A DNA stretch of 64,000 nucleotides from a candidate division WOR-3 bacterium. Its GTDB lineage: Bacteria; Hydrothermota; Hydrothermia; LBFQ01. A program made the translations under genes and the position numbers. Each line of letters starts with the position of its first letter. Within the stretch, counting starts at the first letter, position 1. Below are positions 10,475 to 20,557 of this stretch, in pieces. Below the pieces are notes generated by a model. It searched no databases and was not told the origin of the DNA. It worked only from the letters and a program-made list of their open reading frames with translations. The stretch is taken from assembly GCA_039802605.1 (NCBI GenBank), contig JBDRWW010000007.1, positions 14,350-78,349 on the forward strand. Direction: 5' to 3'.

Positions 10475-11071
10475 TTGCTCGGTTTAGCAATTGGAACATT
10501 TGTTTTAAGCGTTATACACTCTTCGTTGCCCAACCATTGGCTTCCGATTGTACTTATAGCCAAAAGTGAGGGTTGGGGAAGGGGTAGGGTTGTGTTCTTC
10601 ACGGCCCTCCTCGCCCTCTCACATACTTTAAGCACCGTTTTAATAGGTTTGATTATAGGTTTTATAGGATATACGATTTCCCAATATCACGAAATCCTTT
10701 CAAAGCTTGTAGCCTCCCTTGTCCTTGTGATTCTCGGAATTTTTTATATTTCGAGGCATTTTAGGTTTGGTAATCCCCACCATCATGGATTTGGCGTATT
10801 TTCCTTTTTTGGCCTTTTGGTAGCTATGTTTTTTTCACCTTGTGTGGAAATAGAGGCATATTACCTATCCGCAGGGGTTATGGGATGGGAGGCAATAATC
10901 GCCATATCGCTAATTTATGTTATAACCACGGTGATACTAATGGAAACGTATGTTATGTTGGCTTTGAAGGGTTTTGAGGTTGCGAGGATGAGTTTGCTTG
11001 AGCATTACGAAAACCTTATAATAGGTTTGGTTTTGGTGATTTTAGGGGCGCTTAACTTTATAATGCAATGA
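10475..11071 (+). CDS. Membrane protein, possible Ni/Co transporter-like
   Basis: About 6 TM helices, HSSLPNHWLP, a His-rich loop (PHHHG) and SPCVE. Family assignment is tentative. Confidence 0.6.
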   Translation: MLGLAIGTFVLSVIHSSLPNHWLPIVLIAKSEGWGRGRVVFFTALLALSHTLSTVLIGLIIGFIGYTISQYHEILSKLVASLVLVILGIFYISRHFRFGNPHHHGFGVFSFFGLLVAMFFSPCVEIEAYYLSAGVMGWEAIIAISLIYVITTVILMETYVMLALKGFEVARMSLLEHYENLIIGLVLVILGALNFIMQ

Positions 11072-11766
11072 AAATAGTTATATTAACGGGTGCGGGGGTA
11101 TCCGCGGAAAGTGGAGTTCCCACCTTTAGGGATAAGGGGGGATTATGGAAGAATTTTAGGGCGGAGGATTTGGCCACACCACAAGCCTTTAAAAGGGACC
11201 CAAAACTCGTATGGGAGTGGTACAATTGGAGGAGGGGAATAATTTCCAAAGCCAAACCCAATAAAGCGCATTTGATAATAGCCGAGATGGAGGAGAAATT
11301 CGGGGTTAGATTGATTACCCAAAATGTTGATGGATTACACCAAAAGGCTGGAAGCAAAAGTGTTGTAGAATTGCACGGGAACATTTGGAGGGTTAAATGC
11401 ACACATTGCAACTATAAAGATTACGATTATTCCGTCCCTTTAAAAGAAATACCCCCAAAGTGTCCAAAATGTGGAGGATTACTTAGACCGGATGTTGTAT
11501 GGTTTGGGGAACCTTTACCCGAAGATGCGATAGAAGAAGCCTTCTACCTTTCGGAAAATTGTGATATAATGATAGTTGTGGGAACTTCGGGCGTTGTTTA
11601 TCCTGCGGCCAATTTACCCTTTATTGCAAAATATAGGGGGGCAAGGGTAATAGAAATAAACCCAAAGGAAACCCCAATAAGTTCAATAGCGGATTTAAAA
11701 ATCGGAAAAACGGCCACTGAGGGAATGGAAGAGGTATATCATTGGATTGAACGATCGTTCAAATAA
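11068..11766 (+). CDS. cobB: NAD-dependent protein deacylase (sirtuin)
   Basis: TGAGVSAESGVPTFR, TQNVDGLH, two CxxC zinc motifs, RPDVVWFGE, GTSG. Confidence 0.95.
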   Translation: MKIVILTGAGVSAESGVPTFRDKGGLWKNFRAEDLATPQAFKRDPKLVWEWYNWRRGIISKAKPNKAHLIIAEMEEKFGVRLITQNVDGLHQKAGSKSVVELHGNIWRVKCTHCNYKDYDYSVPLKEIPPKCPKCGGLLRPDVVWFGEPLPEDAIEEAFYLSENCDIMIVVGTSGVVYPAANLPFIAKYRGARVIEINPKETPISSIADLKIGKTATEGMEEVYHWIERSFK

Positions 11767-11786
11767 CTACCATAGAATAAACACTT

Positions 11787-12917
11787 ATGGAAATTTTCAC
11801 CATATCCTTTGTGGTTTTCACAATAATGAGCGGTTTTAGCATTTTATTCCCAATACTCCCGTTTTGGGCTACGAATCTCGGGGCAACACCATTTGAAGTG
11901 GGTTTGGTATTCTCCGCATACCCGTTGGCGCAGTTTATCTTCGCACCCATATGGGGAAAAATATCGGATAGGCTTGGGTATAAATTCGGTATTTCTGTGG
12001 GGGCATTGGGGTTTGGTTTGACATCCTTACTTATACCCATATATCCATCGGTTATTTATCTGATAATCATTAGGTTTTTGGGCGGCATAATATCATCCGC
12101 CGCTTTACCATCAACGAGCGCGTATATAGGGGCCATATCGTCCGAAAGGGTTTCTACAAGGAATTTTGGGATTTATGGGGCGGCCATTGGCCTCGGAATA
12201 GTCGTCGGACCTTTCATAGGGGGCTTTGCGTCAAATTATGGTACCACGATACCGTTTATAATATCGGGAATTTTTGGTTTTTTGGCATTTCTTGTATCAA
12301 TATTGGCGCTTAAAAATGTCAAAGGGAACATATCTTTTGGTGTAAAAGCAAAGGGATTAAAGACCGATAAGAAAATCCTCGTATTATTTGCCTTCGTAAT
12401 AATGGTTATAATGGTTAATTTTGAGGTCATACTCGCCTTGCTAATAAAGGATAAGTTTTCCTTGGGTTCCCGTGAAGTTGGTTATTTGTTGGGTTTTTCC
12501 GGATTAGTGGGGGCAATCGTTCAAGGTAATGCTGGGAGAATAACAAAAATCACGGGAGAATGGGGGGCAATATTCTTGGGGTTTATGGCTTCTGCGGCTA
12601 TATCCCCTTTAATACCATTGGCACCTAGTTTTAAAGTTTTGTCTTTACTTGTCGTTTTAATTGTATCTTTTTCTGGGATTTCCCAACCTTCAATGTTGAG
12701 TTTGCTTTCAAAGGGAGCCGAAAATAGGGGTGAGGTTATGGGTGCTTATCAATCGGCCAGTTCTTTGGGAAGGATAGTTGGTCCGATCCTTGGGGGCTAT
12801 TTGTATTCCCTTAGCATTAAACTCCCGTTTTTATTCGCCTCCATTTTGTCGCTTGTTTGCTTGATTATTTGGTGGAGGGTTAAAAAATTATACACGAAAT
12901 CATTAACCGGCGTATAA
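11787..12917 (+). CDS. MFS transporter (DHA1/TetA-like)
   Basis: About 12 TM helices, GKISDRLG motif A, GPxIGG motif C. Confidence 0.9.
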   Translation: MEIFTISFVVFTIMSGFSILFPILPFWATNLGATPFEVGLVFSAYPLAQFIFAPIWGKISDRLGYKFGISVGALGFGLTSLLIPIYPSVIYLIIIRFLGGIISSAALPSTSAYIGAISSERVSTRNFGIYGAAIGLGIVVGPFIGGFASNYGTTIPFIISGIFGFLAFLVSILALKNVKGNISFGVKAKGLKTDKKILVLFAFVIMVIMVNFEVILALLIKDKFSLGSREVGYLLGFSGLVGAIVQGNAGRITKITGEWGAIFLGFMASAAISPLIPLAPSFKVLSLLVVLIVSFSGISQPSMLSLLSKGAENRGEVMGAYQSASSLGRIVGPILGGYLYSLSIKLPFLFASILSLVCLIIWWRVKKLYTKSLTGV

Positions 12918-12929
12918 TACCCCTCTTTT

Positions 12930-14078
12930 ATGATAATGTTCCTATCCTTCATAGGTTTGGAAAGTATCAAATTTGAGGGTTTGGGCAAAGGTTTGAAAAT
13001 AGTTATAAAATATGACACGACTTTAAGGGTGGATTCCGTAAAGTTGTTTAAAACCACAAAAACCCACCCTACGGATAATCCCCTTACAATTGGAACCCTA
13101 TCCTATCCCGATAGCGCGTTAGTTGATACCACGGGTGAAGATGGAAAATATTTGTTAAGGGTTTATTATGGTGGAGAAAAGTTTGATACGGGTTGGATAG
13201 CGATTAATTCGGATCCCCAAACATCCATAGTCCAAGAAAATCGGAAGAATAACGAGAAAGCACCCTCGATAATTGCCTTTGATTCAACAAAGACAAATAT
13301 TCTCATTTCAATCTTGCTTTTTGCCTTTTTGTTTTCCTATATGTTGTTTATGGCAAGAGTAAACCCCAACTTATACATAAGGAGGATTGCGGGTTTGGAT
13401 GCAATAGATGAGGCCGTGGGTAGAACGGCCGAGTTGGGGAAACCGATAATATACACCACCGGCATAGGGAGTATAGATTCTTTGTCAATATTGGCCGGTC
13501 TTACGGTTTTAAAGCATGTAACGAAAAAGTCGGCTTTGTACGAGGTTCCCGTAATAATGCCTAACAACGACCCTTTGGTTTTGGCCACCGCCCGTGAGGT
13601 TGTAAAGGAAGCGTATATGGAAAGCGGAAGACCCGATTTGTATAATGAAAACGATATATTTTTCCTGACAACGGAACAATTCGGTTTTGCTTCGGGTATC
13701 AGCGGTATGATGCATAGGATGAAACCGGGTGCCGTATTTATGATGGGTTATTTCTACGCGGAATCCCTCATTCTTGCCGAGAATGCAAACATTAGTGGGG
13801 CGATTTCAACCGCCGGGACAACGGCGATAGACCAATTGCCGTTTTTCGTAGCCGCATGCGACTATACCATAATAGGGGACGAGTTATATGCGGCCTCTGC
13901 GTATATATCCCGTAATCCCCTTGAAGTTGCCAGTATAAAAACGGGAGACTGGTTTAAGGCTTTGAGTGTGTTTTTCGTACTCTTAGGTTCCCTTTTGGCC
14001 ACATTGACACTTTTCAATCCGCAACTTAAAGTTTATCTTGATTTCTTAACGGGTACAGTATTCGGAATGGGGAGGTGA
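12930..14078 (+). CDS. Membrane-anchored protein with DUF6754-like domain and N-terminal beta-rich extracytoplasmic region
   Basis: IRRIAGLDAIDEAVGRTAELGKP...AESLILAE...QLPFFVAACDYTIIGDELYAASAY. Family recognised from memory. Confidence 0.75.
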   Translation: MIMFLSFIGLESIKFEGLGKGLKIVIKYDTTLRVDSVKLFKTTKTHPTDNPLTIGTLSYPDSALVDTTGEDGKYLLRVYYGGEKFDTGWIAINSDPQTSIVQENRKNNEKAPSIIAFDSTKTNILISILLFAFLFSYMLFMARVNPNLYIRRIAGLDAIDEAVGRTAELGKPIIYTTGIGSIDSLSILAGLTVLKHVTKKSALYEVPVIMPNNDPLVLATAREVVKEAYMESGRPDLYNENDIFFLTTEQFGFASGISGMMHRMKPGAVFMMGYFYAESLILAENANISGAISTAGTTAIDQLPFFVAACDYTIIGDELYAASAYISRNPLEVASIKTGDWFKALSVFFVLLGSLLATLTLFNPQLKVYLDFLTGTVFGMGR

Positions 14079-14081
14079 AAT

Positions 14082-14867
14082 ATGCAAAGGCAAGGACCAA
14101 TTGCGGTTGTAGTTTTAAGCGCACTCTTTTCAACCATAACATTTTTCCTAAAAGGGGCGGACGAAATACAAACTTACGGAATACTTGTAGCAATAGTGAT
14201 CTCTGGGTTTGCATTGCTCTTGGGTGTGGATAGCCTGATTTTATACCATACCAGGAACATTCAAAGGGGTAATAATACCCTTTTCAGTGGGGTATTGCTG
14301 ATAAGTTTCTGGATAACGGTGTTTTGGGGGTTATTTGCCTGGTGGAAGTACGGTTCCCCCTTTGCCCAAGACTCAACATTTATGTGGTTGTTTACCAATG
14401 TGTATTTACCCTTAGATGCTACAATGTTTTCAATCCTGGCGTTTTATATAGCTTCTGCTGCTTATAGGGCTTTTAGGGCCAGAAACGCAAATGCTCTAAT
14501 CTTATTACTAACCGCTTCCACAATAATGATAGGTAGGGTATTGTATTCGGATATTGTCTTCCCATTGGCTCTTAGTATCTTTTTGTTTTTGGCGGGATTT
14601 TGGATATTTACAAATACCGGGAGGTTATACGGCTCGGAGTTGCTTTTTAGGAGATTCTTAGGAGGTCTTCTTATGGGTGGGGCCTTGATAATACTGGTTC
14701 CCCCTATATTTAAATTTGTAGGGAGCAATATAGCAGCCGTTACGGATTGGATTCTAAGTGTCCCACAAAATGCGGCAAAGAGGGGTATGATTTTGGGTTT
14801 GAGTTTTGGTCAGGTTGCATTTGCGCTTAGAATAATGTTTGGTATAGAAAAGTCCTGGATAAAATAA
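14082..14867 (+). CDS. Multi-pass membrane protein, partner of the DUF6754 protein
   Basis: About 7 TM helices, ATMFSILAFYIASAAYRAFRARN and WILSVPQNAAKRG motifs. SD GGAGGTGA upstream. Confidence 0.75.
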   Translation: MQRQGPIAVVVLSALFSTITFFLKGADEIQTYGILVAIVISGFALLLGVDSLILYHTRNIQRGNNTLFSGVLLISFWITVFWGLFAWWKYGSPFAQDSTFMWLFTNVYLPLDATMFSILAFYIASAAYRAFRARNANALILLLTASTIMIGRVLYSDIVFPLALSIFLFLAGFWIFTNTGRLYGSELLFRRFLGGLLMGGALIILVPPIFKFVGSNIAAVTDWILSVPQNAAKRGMILGLSFGQVAFALRIMFGIEKSWIK

Positions 14868-14896
14868 CTATTTTCACCACTTTAAAATACCGTCTC

Positions 14897-16924
14897 TTGA
14901 AGGGTTGGGTAATTCTCATATTATTCGTGATAATTTGGATTTTATACGGTTTTACAAGAAAGGATGGGTTTGTAAGGAAGGTATCCCCATTTGTGGGGAT
15001 ATTGTTGTCTTTAATTTACACATTTTCAAAAAACCCTTATATAGTCGCTTTAAGGGATATGGTTGGCCCGGCCCCCGTAATACCCTTTATATGGATGGTT
15101 CTGGACCCGTTTTATGCCACCCATCAACTGGTTATAGTTTCTTCATTTTTATTCGTCTGGGGTGCTTATTTACTCCTTATGGGTAAAAGTATCGTATGGG
15201 GTAGTGTATTGATTTTCCTCTCTCCCATACCACTTATGGGTTTTTTGGCCCCTTTGATGCGCGGGGAAAAGAAAGAGGAGGAAAAATTAAATTCGGAAAA
15301 CAAATTGGAAGCCAAAATTGAAACAAAAAAGGAAGATAAAGTAGATGTGGTGGATGAGAAAGAAGCCGTTATGGAAACCGAGGAAGGGTTTGTTTCTCTC
15401 GTACAGAAATTGCTGGAATTCGGTATAAGGGGTAGGATAGTTAATATTTCAAAGGGGCCGGTTTTAACCGTATATGAGTTTGAACCCGCGCCTGGGGTTA
15501 GGGTGCAATCCATAAGCAAATTGGAAGATGATTTGTATGTTAGGTTAAAAAAGCCCGTAAGGATAGTGGCACCATTACCCAATGGGAATATAGGTTTTGA
15601 AATACCAAATGATGAAAGGATTTTTTACAACTTAAAGGATTTTGAGGGGGAGATTTTTAAGGGTTATCCATTAGAGGTTCCCATAGGTGTAGATGTTTTA
15701 GGAAATCCTTTTAGATTCAACATATCATTGGCACCGCATACCCTTATAGGAGGCGCTACGGGTTCCGGAAAAAGTATCCTCTTAACCACCATAATATCCG
15801 CCCTTATTAAGAAAAACTCCCCCGAGGATTTAAACCTTATCCTTATAGATCCAAAAAGGGTGGAACTATCAATATTTGAAGGGCTACCCCACTTGGTTTT
15901 GCCGGTTGCCAAGACGGTTAAAGAAGCCTCATTTGCCCTTAAAACGGCGGTTAATATTATGGATGAAAGGTATGCCATGATGTCGGCCATAGGGGCCCGG
16001 GACATAGAATCCTTCAACTCAAAGGTTGATAGGTTTGATATGGAAAAGATGCCCTATCTCGTAATAGTTATAGACGAATTGGCGGATTTGATGATGTTGT
16101 CCCCAAAGGAAACCGCCGAAAGCATTCAGAGAATAGCCCAACTGGCCAGGGCGGTGGGTATTCATATGATAGTGGCAACCCAAAGGCCCTCGGTTGATGT
16201 TATTACGGGTGTTATAAAGGCCAATTTCCCAACAAGGATAGCCCTAAAGGTGGCTTCAAGGTTTGATTCAAGAACGATTTTGGATACAGAAGGGGCCGAG
16301 AGGCTCCTGGGAAAGGGTGATATGTTGGTATTGTTGAGCGATAGGGCCGAGCCTGTAAGGGTTCATGGGTTTTATACATCCCATTCGTATGCAGAAGGTA
16401 TCATATTGGATTATGCTTCGCGAAAACTATCGCAAATGTGGAGCGTTGATACCGAACATTTAAAGAAATTCTTGAAAATTGCAAGGGAAGAGGGTGTGTT
16501 TTCCGCCATTTTCCGCGATGACGAGCCCGCTTATGCTGAAAGGGTGGAGAGGTTATGCCATTTGGCAGAGGAAATACTAAGAATACCGGATGAAAGTTTT
16601 AAGAATTTGATAAACGAAACCCTTGAAAATTATTACCCTTATAGGTTCATACCCGACGAGGAAGAGGGGCAGGCTTATACCGGTGGTATTAGGAAGGTGG
16701 ATAGGAAAATTTTAGATGCGGCAAAGATTTGCGAGGAAGTGGGTTATGGTTCGGCGAGTATGATTCAGAGGAGGTTAGGGGTTGGTTTTCCGAGGGCGGC
16801 TAAAATAGTAGATCAACTTGAAAAATTGGGATTTTTATCCCCACCCGAGGGTCCCAAACCCCGCAGAATCCTTATGAGTGTTGAGGAGTTGGAGAAAAAA
16901 CTCAAAGAACTCGGTTTAAGGTAG
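14897..16924 (+). CDS. ftsK: DNA translocase FtsK
   Basis: N-terminal TMs, GATGSGKS, DPKRVEL, IDELADLM, ATQRPSVDV, C-terminal gamma domain (SASMIQRRLGVGFPRAA). Confidence 0.95.
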   Translation: MKGWVILILFVIIWILYGFTRKDGFVRKVSPFVGILLSLIYTFSKNPYIVALRDMVGPAPVIPFIWMVLDPFYATHQLVIVSSFLFVWGAYLLLMGKSIVWGSVLIFLSPIPLMGFLAPLMRGEKKEEEKLNSENKLEAKIETKKEDKVDVVDEKEAVMETEEGFVSLVQKLLEFGIRGRIVNISKGPVLTVYEFEPAPGVRVQSISKLEDDLYVRLKKPVRIVAPLPNGNIGFEIPNDERIFYNLKDFEGEIFKGYPLEVPIGVDVLGNPFRFNISLAPHTLIGGATGSGKSILLTTIISALIKKNSPEDLNLILIDPKRVELSIFEGLPHLVLPVAKTVKEASFALKTAVNIMDERYAMMSAIGARDIESFNSKVDRFDMEKMPYLVIVIDELADLMMLSPKETAESIQRIAQLARAVGIHMIVATQRPSVDVITGVIKANFPTRIALKVASRFDSRTILDTEGAERLLGKGDMLVLLSDRAEPVRVHGFYTSHSYAEGIILDYASRKLSQMWSVDTEHLKKFLKIAREEGVFSAIFRDDEPAYAERVERLCHLAEEILRIPDESFKNLINETLENYYPYRFIPDEEEGQAYTGGIRKVDRKILDAAKICEEVGYGSASMIQRRLGVGFPRAAKIVDQLEKLGFLSPPEGPKPRRILMSVEELEKKLKELGLR

Positions 16925-18280
16925 TTTATCGCACTCGTACAAGGAAAACTTTTTAGGGCTTTTGGGATGTATTTTTTTACAGTTTGGGGGGATGTACTTG
17001 CACCCTTCAATATCCACAAGGTTGTATTTTTGCCAACCAAAAACAAATGTCCATTTTAAATACCTCTGGGCTATTGCCACCGTCTCCCAATCTGAAAAGA
17101 GTTTGTCGGGGCAAATGCCGACTTTAAGGTGTATCTTTTCTACTGGGGGGTTTATAACGAGATCGGTATAAAATGGGTTTTTGGATCTGACCTTTCCCAT
17201 GGAATTGTATGCCAAGAGTAGGTTGATTAGCGTTAAAGTTAGTATTAAGGCGAATTTATAACGGGATTTTATTTTATCGAATGATTTTTCAAGTCCGTCA
17301 AGAGCCAATAATTCGGAGAAAGCCAAGGCAAAAAAGGGCAAAGAGGGGACTATATAAAAGGGCATCTGTTTTATACTAACCAAAAAGGGAAGTGAGGAGG
17401 ATAAAGCCAAAACGGTATATAACCAAAAATTGCGGCTTAAAACCACATTATTTAACTTGTATAGCCGTAAAATTAAAAGGGCGAGTATGGGGATAAGTTC
17501 TCGTGTTAATCTAAGGATAATATACCACCTTTCCGGTGCCCTTTCCCTATTACCCACAACCCCTGCAATTATCTGCTCTTTAAAGTAGTATTCAAGCAAA
17601 ACCCTAAAATCTTTAAACATCAACAGGCCTAGAAACGGAATTAAAAAACCAAGGATTAAAAGGGTATAAACCTTAAACACCCTTTCAAACCTTTTATCAT
17701 AAATGAAACCGTATAGGAATGGATAAACCAAAACAAATAGCCCCACAGGACCTTTCGTCATAAAGGAACAGAATATAAAAAATCCGCCAAAGATTGCCCA
17801 TACGCTCCTCCCTTTAAATGACAGGGTTAAGAATATTAGGGCAAGGGATGTCCAAAACTGGATAAAAACTTCCAAAATATTGTTTGAGATTGCCCAAGGG
17901 AATATAGGCATTGCAACCAATAAAATGATCCACGACCATTTAACTTTACCGTTTAACAAATACACCCAAACCGCTAATAATACCAAAGACATAATGCCGA
18001 ACGATATGCTTATATACCTTTCCAAGAGGGGTATATCCCCGAAAATCTTAAAAAACAACGCCTCTATCCAAAACGCCAAAGGTAAATGCCCATAAGACGG
18101 GTTTCCAAAAGATAGGGTGTATGCCGGTTTGAAAGGTGTTCCCACACCTTCCGCCATGTTTCTTGATATACTCGCATAAGTTAAACCGTCAAGAAAAATA
18201 CCATAGGAAAAAACCCTAAAAGATACCGGTAATAGCAGAATAAGGAAGGCAAATAAAAAGTTCTCTAACCCTTTACGCAA
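16916..18280 (-). CDS. GT-C fold glycosyltransferase (ArnT/GT39-like)
   Basis: Multi-TM protein, DGLTYASISRNM in the first loop, HLPLAFW and TKGP motifs. Confidence 0.8.
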   Translation of the reverse strand: MRKGLENFLFAFLILLLPVSFRVFSYGIFLDGLTYASISRNMAEGVGTPFKPAYTLSFGNPSYGHLPLAFWIEALFFKIFGDIPLLERYISISFGIMSLVLLAVWVYLLNGKVKWSWIILLVAMPIFPWAISNNILEVFIQFWTSLALIFLTLSFKGRSVWAIFGGFFIFCSFMTKGPVGLFVLVYPFLYGFIYDKRFERVFKVYTLLILGFLIPFLGLLMFKDFRVLLEYYFKEQIIAGVVGNRERAPERWYIILRLTRELIPILALLILRLYKLNNVVLSRNFWLYTVLALSSSLPFLVSIKQMPFYIVPSLPFFALAFSELLALDGLEKSFDKIKSRYKFALILTLTLINLLLAYNSMGKVRSKNPFYTDLVINPPVEKIHLKVGICPDKLFSDWETVAIAQRYLKWTFVFGWQKYNLVDIEGCKYIPPNCKKIHPKSPKKFSLYECDKLP

Positions 18281-19905
18281 ATGGCCGTAAAGACCCCGTG
18301 AATCTCCACCGTACCTATTACCCGGTATCCTTCATATCCGCCGTTTCCTATGATGAAGGGCGTAATCTTGCTCTCGTTTTCCGCAAGTAATACGCATATA
18401 CCCTCGTTGTCATCCCTAAAAACCTTTAAATTCTCTTTATCTTCCATTTCTAAAAACCTTTCAACGGAGGAGTATGCGAAGGATATGATTTTTGAGAGCC
18501 TTTTTTCATCGGTTGCGACCCTGAAAGTGTCTTCAAGCGAATAGTACACCCTCCTTATAATTTTTCTGGGAACACCTTCCAAAATATCGTATAACCTGTT
18601 TAACTTTGAAACGGTTATTTTCCTCAACCCCTCATCAAAATCCCTAAACTTTGGAATGAATTGCGATAAAATGCTTTTAATTTCCTGATATACTTCCTCT
18701 TGACTTTCAAACCTAAGAATCCCGGTTGAAGTTTGAAATACCAGAATTTTTATGTCTTTATCCTTTTCCCTTTTGGTGTTAAACTTGGGGGATTGAAAGG
18801 AAAACCCCCTCTTGGAAAACTCCTTTGCCAAATCCTCTACAAAATTTTCAAATTCTCCCGCAACGATAACCCTAAATATCGGCCTTTCCGGATCCGTTTC
18901 TTCGGGAAATATTAATAACTGCGTTATACCCGTGTTTATATACTCCTCTATAAGCCTTGGAACCATCACCCTGCCTATGATTTCCAATCCGAATTTTATA
19001 TCCACATACCTTTTGGTTTTCGGTTTCTTTAAAGTCTCTTCTATGGTTTTGGCAATTTGGGCCAATTTTCCCTGAGGTACCTCTAAGGTTTCAACCCTAA
19101 CCACGGATATACCCTCTGGATAAATGAATTCCTTCTCATAAACCTTTTCTAAGCCTTCTTCTCCGAGAATACTTAAAACGCTATCCAAAGATACATATTT
19201 ATCAAGGCCCACAACCGTAATGCCGGACATATTTATGCCCTTTTTTGTGGTAAAGTTGTGGAAGAAAACCCTAACAATGGAAGGGTTATCCTTTACCTCC
19301 CTATAGAACCTATTCTGCCAAAAAACTATTTCCGCCAATGTTTTGGAATCCCTTTCCTCCAAATACGCCTCGGTTCTTGACTTAACAAATTTTATGACCT
19401 CACCATCATCGCCTAAGAAAAATCTCTGTTCTTCCGTCGGAGCCATTTTTAGGATTTCGTCAATTATCTCCTTGTATTTTCTAATCTTCACACCGCTTAT
19501 GGATATAAGGGATTTTAACCCTATTCCACCCTTGGCGGCCGTTCTCAACAATTCTATCATATCTTGCCTATCCTTCAAAATTTCCGAATCCCCTTTAATG
19601 TTTGCTATTGACAACACTATAAGGGCATAGGGTGTGGGGTTTAATACGGTTGCAAATATTTTGTTGATATTGTATCCCTTGTCGTGTACAACCCCAGAAA
19701 CCGCATCCAAAAGTCCCGCCCAATCCTTGGCAACAACCACAAAATACACCTCATAACCCGATAAAAATATATCCGCCTGTGGTTCCCCGGTCCTTTCCAA
19801 TTTGTTTAATAAAACCTTTGTGGCCTCCTTTAAGGGTTCGGTTAAATCAAACCAATTACTTTTAACTACATTCCCCCACTTATCCCTTTCCTTAACACCC
19901 TTCAC
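18265..19905 (-). CDS. Hypothetical cytoplasmic protein with ACT-like segment
   Basis: Long ORF with GTG start 9 nt after TATAAT. VVAKDWAGLLDAVSGVVHDKGYNI resembles an ACT-domain signature. Confidence 0.65.
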   Translation of the reverse strand: MKGVKERDKWGNVVKSNWFDLTEPLKEATKVLLNKLERTGEPQADIFLSGYEVYFVVVAKDWAGLLDAVSGVVHDKGYNINKIFATVLNPTPYALIVLSIANIKGDSEILKDRQDMIELLRTAAKGGIGLKSLISISGVKIRKYKEIIDEILKMAPTEEQRFFLGDDGEVIKFVKSRTEAYLEERDSKTLAEIVFWQNRFYREVKDNPSIVRVFFHNFTTKKGINMSGITVVGLDKYVSLDSVLSILGEEGLEKVYEKEFIYPEGISVVRVETLEVPQGKLAQIAKTIEETLKKPKTKRYVDIKFGLEIIGRVMVPRLIEEYINTGITQLLIFPEETDPERPIFRVIVAGEFENFVEDLAKEFSKRGFSFQSPKFNTKREKDKDIKILVFQTSTGILRFESQEEVYQEIKSILSQFIPKFRDFDEGLRKITVSKLNRLYDILEGVPRKIIRRVYYSLEDTFRVATDEKRLSKIISFAYSSVERFLEMEDKENLKVFRDDNEGICVLLAENESKITPFIIGNGGYEGYRVIGTVEIHGVFTAICVKG

Positions 19906-19948
19906 AATGCTGAAATTATATACCGGTTTTGTTTATTATTTTCGCATT

Positions 19949-20557
19949 TTACCATTTATCCGTTGCAAAGCCCACCATAATCTGGCCGAATAAACCCTTA
20001 GAATCCACATTGGGTGCGCCATAAACCTCCCCAAAATCCGTGTTCCAATTACCTTTAAAAATTGGGAAGGTATAACCGAATCCCAAACCCAAGTTAAACC
20101 CGAAATCAAAATGCCCTCTAAGGGCAACGATCCCTATATATTGGGAGTGATTGATATATATTGATTTTTGGGGGTTTTCAAGTAAATCGTTGAAGTTGGC
20201 ATTTTCAATAACTCCCCCCTTTACCTCAAACCTCGAATAACCAACACCGAGGGAAGGATAAACTATAAACCTCCTCTCCCTAAGATTGTTGTGATATAAT
20301 ACATACCCCACATCGCCCGAAAAAGCCATATTGTTAAAATATACCCTTTTGTTTTCCGAAACCCCCTCAACGCTAAGAAATCTAAACCAATTACCGACGA
20401 ATAAAAAATTATCCCATAAAATATACCCACTTAATCCCAATATAACCCTGTTAAATTCCCCAACCTCATAACCCCGGGATGTAAAAGCGTTTATAACCGG
20501 ATTAAAATCCACCTGATACCAACCGGCGGTTAAAAAAAGTCCGAAGTTCATTTTCAA
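19949..20557 (-). CDS. Putative outer-membrane beta-barrel protein
   Basis: Alternating aromatic/Gly beta strands. Resembles 24501..25142 (FNDLLENP vs FDSLLSNP). Confidence 0.6.
   Translation of the reverse strand: MKMNFGLFLTAGWYQVDFNPVINAFTSRGYEVGEFNRVILGLSGYILWDNFLFVGNWFRFLSVEGVSENKRVYFNNMAFSGDVGYVLYHNNLRERRFIVYPSLGVGYSRFEVKGGVIENANFNDLLENPQKSIYINHSQYIGIVALRGHFDFGFNLGLGFGYTFPIFKGNWNTDFGEVYGAPNVDSKGLFGQIMVGFATDKW

Noticed and set aside
11068..11766. Sirtuin as an anti-phage SIR2 effector
   Set aside because: It is a single-domain CobB with a zinc finger and canonical deacylase motifs in a housekeeping context.
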